Shown here: in pieces, positions 60,905 through 64,000 of the stretch | How the letters are laid out: each line of letters opens with the position of its first letter | Numbering within the stretch: the stretch's first letter is position 1 | NCBI GenBank assembly: GCA_963752285.1 | Contig: CAVVXN010000002.1 | Coordinates: 416,001-480,000, forward strand | DNA length: 64,000 bases | Source of the DNA: an uncultured Planctomycetota bacterium | GTDB taxonomy: Bacteria > Planctomycetota > PLA2 > JAEUHO01 | Direction: 5' to 3' | Notes under the pieces: model-generated | The model's input: the letters and a program-made list of their open reading frames with translations, nothing else | What the model was told of the DNA's origin: nothing | The model's database searches: none | Translations under genes and position numbers: made by a program

Positions 60905-60938
60905 GCGGCCCGCGCGAGCGGAGGCTCGCGCGGGCCGC
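60905..60938. terminator. Hairpin downstream of the decaheme gene
   Basis: GCGGCCCGCGCGAGC-GGAG-GCTCGCGCGGGCCGC, perfect 15-bp stem; a second hairpin at ~60949-60968. Confidence 0.6.
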
Positions 60939-60981
60939 GAATGGGGGAAGGGCGCCCGGGGGCGCCCTCCGCTGGTCGTCG

Positions 60982-63381
60982 CTACGGACGGGCGACGCTC
61001 GGCGTGCCGCCGAGGTCCACGATCGCGTCGTAGAGCAGCTGACGCATGTACTTCCCGTTGTGGATGAAGCCGCAGGGCTCCTTGATCGAGAAGTGGTAGT
61101 TGTAGGCGGCCTCGAGGAGCTGCGCGTCGAAGTTCGAGAACTTGTTCGCGTTCGTGTCCTCGCCGGCGTCGAGCACGCCGTTCCCGTTCGTGTCGATGAA
61201 CCAGTAGGGGTAGGCCGTCTCGCTGTAGACGATGCCCGAGCCGAGGTTGGCCGAGGCGTACGTCTGCATCTGCGCGAGCAGCTCACCCTGCAGGATCACG
61301 ATCTGGTCGTGGTTGTTCTTCGGTCCGAACTCGAGGGTCTCGAACGTCGAACCCGAGTGGCACAGCGTGCAGTCCGAGACCTGCGGGAGGAAGTTGTGGT
61401 CGGCGTTCGAGCCGCGGAGGTGGCAGCCGATGCAGGTGTTGAGCCCGGCGCTCACGTGGAGGCCGTTCCAGCTCGTGGGACCCGCATAGGTCTTGCCGGA
61501 GTACTGGTACCCGCCGTTCACGTTCGTCCCGAAGAAGGACGCCGCGGCGGCGAAGTAGTGGATGTTCAGGAAGGAGTAGGGGGGCAAGGTCGTGTCGATC
61601 TTGCTCTGGACCGAGACGCCCGATTCGCGACCCTGGTGGCACGTCATGCAGATGTTCGACGCGTTGCCCAGAGAGGCCGTGAGGCCCGACGGGAACGTCA
61701 CCGGCTGGAGGGCCGGGTTCGCGGCGAGGTCGTCGTACCGGGTGTCGTGGTTCGCGAACAGGTTGTTCGAGTCGTGACACGTGATGCAGTCCGTGGCGCC
61801 GAGGATCTTCGACGCCGCATCGACCGATCCGTCCGCGGCGAAGTCCACGAACCCGGGCGCGCTGTGGCACTTCGCGCAGCTCGTGGGGATCTCCGGCGGG
61901 ACGCCCGTGTCCCAGTGGCGGTACGGCGCGTCCGCGTTGTTGCCGTGGCCCGAGAGGTGCCACTGCTGCGACTTCCCCGCCTCGCTGAGCGGGGCCGTGT
62001 ACCCCGGACGGCCCGGAGCGGGCGTCATCGGGGTCTCCCCGAGGTCGGCGATCGAGTCGGTCAGGTACTGGCGCGCGTACACGCCGTTGTGGATGAAGCC
62101 GCAGGGCTCCTTGATCGCGACGTGGTAGTTGTAGGCGGCCTTGAGGAGCGTGGCGTCGAACTGGGTGAACTTGTTCGCGTTCGTGCCCTCGGCCCCGTCC
62201 ACGACGCCGTTCCCGTTCGTGTCGATGAACCAGTACGGGTAGGCGTCGGCGCTGTAGGCGATGTGCAACCCCGTGTTCGTGAACGCGTAGGCCTGCATGG
62301 CCTGCAGGAGCTGGGTCTTGTTGGCCTCGATCGCCGTGCGGTTCACGGACGGCGAGCCGCCCAGCGTCTCGAAGGTCGAGCCGCTGTGGCAAGTGGTGCA
62401 CGCGCTCAGGTCGGGCTCGAGCGTGTGGTTCCGCTCGTCGCCGCGCATGTGGCAGCCGACACAGGTCTTCTTGTCCGCCGTGTGCGACGGGAACGTGTTC
62501 CGGGCGACGTACGTCTTGCCCGGGTACTGGTAGGCGCCGCGCACCTCGCCGCCGAAGTACGTCGCGGCCGCCGCGAAGTAGTGGATGTTGATGAACGAGT
62601 AGGGCCCGGGGCCTCCGGCGATCGCGTCGTCCACCTGGACGGTCGAGGCGCGGCCCTGGTGGCACTGGGCGCAGAGGTTGCTGTTGTCGAAGAGGGAGAC
62701 CGTGTCGCCCGACGGGAAGGTGATCCAGTCGAGGTTCGGGTACATCGCGTGGTCGTCGTACGCGGTGGCCGGGGGACCGCCGAGGGCGCCGGGGTGGCAG
62801 CCCGTGCACGCCAGCCCGAAGGGCAGCGGCTGCGGCAGGTCCGTCAGCCCGGTCTGGTTGTAGTGGTCGAAGCCGGACCCGGAGTGGCACCGCGAGCAGG
62901 TGCTGTCCACCTGGCCGCTCGTGTCCCAGTGCCGCCACGGCTCGTCGCCGACCATGCCGTGTCCGCTCTCGCCCCACTGCTGGGAGATCAAGCCCCCGCC
63001 CACCGTGTAGCCGGCGGTCTGGACGGCCGAGGCGTTGCCGCTGGCGTCCACGGCGAAGTACTTGATGACCGTGTTGTTCGGCGCCGAGATCGCCGCCGAG
63101 TAGACGGCGCTCGTGTCGTCGGGCACCGAGAGGTCGGTCGTGTAGTAGATCGTGGGGTTCGCGTCACGCGCGTCGGAGGCGTGCAGCGTCACGTTCTGTG
63201 TCGAGCTGTACCAGCCCGGAGCGGGACTGGCCGAGACGGTCGGCGCCGTGGTGTCCGGCCCCGGGGGCGTGGGCGGATTGCTGCTTCCGCCGCCACCGCC
63301 GCAGCCGGCGACACCCAATGCGAGGCCGAGCACGAGGGCGGTCAGCACCTGCCCCCCATGCGACCTGGTTGCCTTGGTCAT
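60982..63381 (-). CDS. Lipoprotein decaheme cytochrome c (two tandem pentaheme modules, OmcB/OmcC-like) with an Fn3/chitobiase-C-like domain
   Basis: GGAG RBS, lipobox VAGC; IYYTTD...YSAAI...IKYFAVDASGN; 10 CxxCH; each module has CxxCHQGR, NIHYFAAAA, YPYWFIDTNGNG and AAYNY...EPCGFIHNG. Confidence 0.9.
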   Translation of the reverse strand: MTKATRSHGGQVLTALVLGLALGVAGCGGGGGSSNPPTPPGPDTTAPTVSASPAPGWYSSTQNVTLHASDARDANPTIYYTTDLSVPDDTSAVYSAAISAPNNTVIKYFAVDASGNASAVQTAGYTVGGGLISQQWGESGHGMVGDEPWRHWDTSGQVDSTCSRCHSGSGFDHYNQTGLTDLPQPLPFGLACTGCHPGALGGPPATAYDDHAMYPNLDWITFPSGDTVSLFDNSNLCAQCHQGRASTVQVDDAIAGGPGPYSFINIHYFAAAATYFGGEVRGAYQYPGKTYVARNTFPSHTADKKTCVGCHMRGDERNHTLEPDLSACTTCHSGSTFETLGGSPSVNRTAIEANKTQLLQAMQAYAFTNTGLHIAYSADAYPYWFIDTNGNGVVDGAEGTNANKFTQFDATLLKAAYNYHVAIKEPCGFIHNGVYARQYLTDSIADLGETPMTPAPGRPGYTAPLSEAGKSQQWHLSGHGNNADAPYRHWDTGVPPEIPTSCAKCHSAPGFVDFAADGSVDAASKILGATDCITCHDSNNLFANHDTRYDDLAANPALQPVTFPSGLTASLGNASNICMTCHQGRESGVSVQSKIDTTLPPYSFLNIHYFAAAASFFGTNVNGGYQYSGKTYAGPTSWNGLHVSAGLNTCIGCHLRGSNADHNFLPQVSDCTLCHSGSTFETLEFGPKNNHDQIVILQGELLAQMQTYASANLGSGIVYSETAYPYWFIDTNGNGVLDAGEDTNANKFSNFDAQLLEAAYNYHFSIKEPCGFIHNGKYMRQLLYDAIVDLGGTPSVARP

Positions 63382-63721
63382 GCTTCTCTCCATGGTCGCG
63401 GCGCGCCGGACTCTTCCGGCGCGGTCGCGCATCGGGTCTGCCTGGCCGCGCTTGGCCACCGCGAACGGAGGGCTCCCACCGTGGGCCTCCTGGGATTCGT
63501 GGGGAGCGGACGCGCGGGTCATTGCACCTACCCTTGCGTCACGATGGTACGCGGTTGCATCCCGAACGGCCCCGGAAAACACCGGGACTTCCGGACGGAA
63601 TCACCGCTTCTTCATCATGTCCGGCCTCGACTCTCGCATTCGAACACTGAGAGTCAGTCTCAATCTGCGCGGAAGATAGAGGACCGTTTCAGTACGGTTC
63701 CGCCGTGGGCCCCCGGACGCC

Positions 63722-64000
63722 TCAGGGCGCGTGGTACGCGTGGCTCTCGCGGTAGAGCGCGAGGCGCTGTTGCAGCCCCTGGACGAGCGGGCTCGTGCTG
63801 CCGTCGATGAGACGAAGCCCTTGTTCGGCCGCGTGCGCGGCGTCTTCGTAGCGGCCGCTCTCGGCCAGCGCGGCGGCGAGGGCGTCGAACGGTTCGGGAC
63901 GAGCGCCCTTGCTGACCTCCACGGCGTGCTGCGCCAGCGCGACGGCGCGCGCGCCGTCGCGGATGTTCGCGTCGGGCGAGGTGGAGAGCAGCCACGCCAG
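63722..64000 (-). CDS. TPR-containing protein, C-terminal part (runs off window end)
   Basis: LAWLLSTSPDANIRDGARAVALAQHAV...DALAAALAESGRYEDA...RLALY; frame open to 64000. Confidence 0.8.
   Translation of the reverse strand: MAWLLSTSPDANIRDGARAVALAQHAVEVSKGARPEPFDALAAALAESGRYEDAAHAAEQGLRLIDGSTSPLVQGLQQRLALYRESHAYHAP

Noticed and set aside
57998..63381. NrfA nitrite reductase or HAO assignment for the large cytochromes
   Set aside because: There is no CxxCK motif and no HAO-like layout. Lipoboxes and Ig-like stalks fit surface electron-transfer proteins better.

Overview
Very GC-rich bacterial DNA, probably Planctomycetota/PVC. This is inferred from the PVC-type L28 (RGLAKSKGGVG insert), a Cys/Val/Tyr repeat protein and FHA-membrane proteins. 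The window has three parts. (1) 1-17.5 kb is an accessory stress/envelope island: VPVY-repeat secreted protein, DUF1328, a 2.7-kaa cyclic beta-1,2-glucan synthase, a degenerate PAS-kinase-REC protein, an ECF sigma/ZAS anti-sigma pair, three downstream genes sharing a candidate ECF promoter, and a stand-alone diadenylate-cyclase-like gene. (2) 17.7-43.5 kb is mostly housekeeping: rpmB, pcrA/uvrD, an FHA-sigma54 activator plus two FHA membrane proteins, arginase, tandem LPS kinase, lptFG, RNA-modifying enzymes, rsgA, folC, aroB, STAS-PilZ, MoxR, TatD-radical SAM and a HEAT protein. (3) 43.6-63.4 kb is the most striking part, a ~20-kb multiheme cytochrome locus with 51 counted c-heme motifs. A system II maturation operon is divergent from an Rrf2-led cluster encoding a c554-like tetraheme, an outer-membrane beta-barrel, a 17-heme cytochrome, a CbcL-like b/c quinol oxidoreductase, MauE and a thioredoxin. 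Two lipoprotein multiheme cytochromes converge on it. Together these look like a complete quinone-to-cell-surface electron conduit. A 20-bp inverted-repeat element and a 50-bp hairpin tandem array sit inside the cluster. All calls are by-eye motif recognition; no database searches were run.
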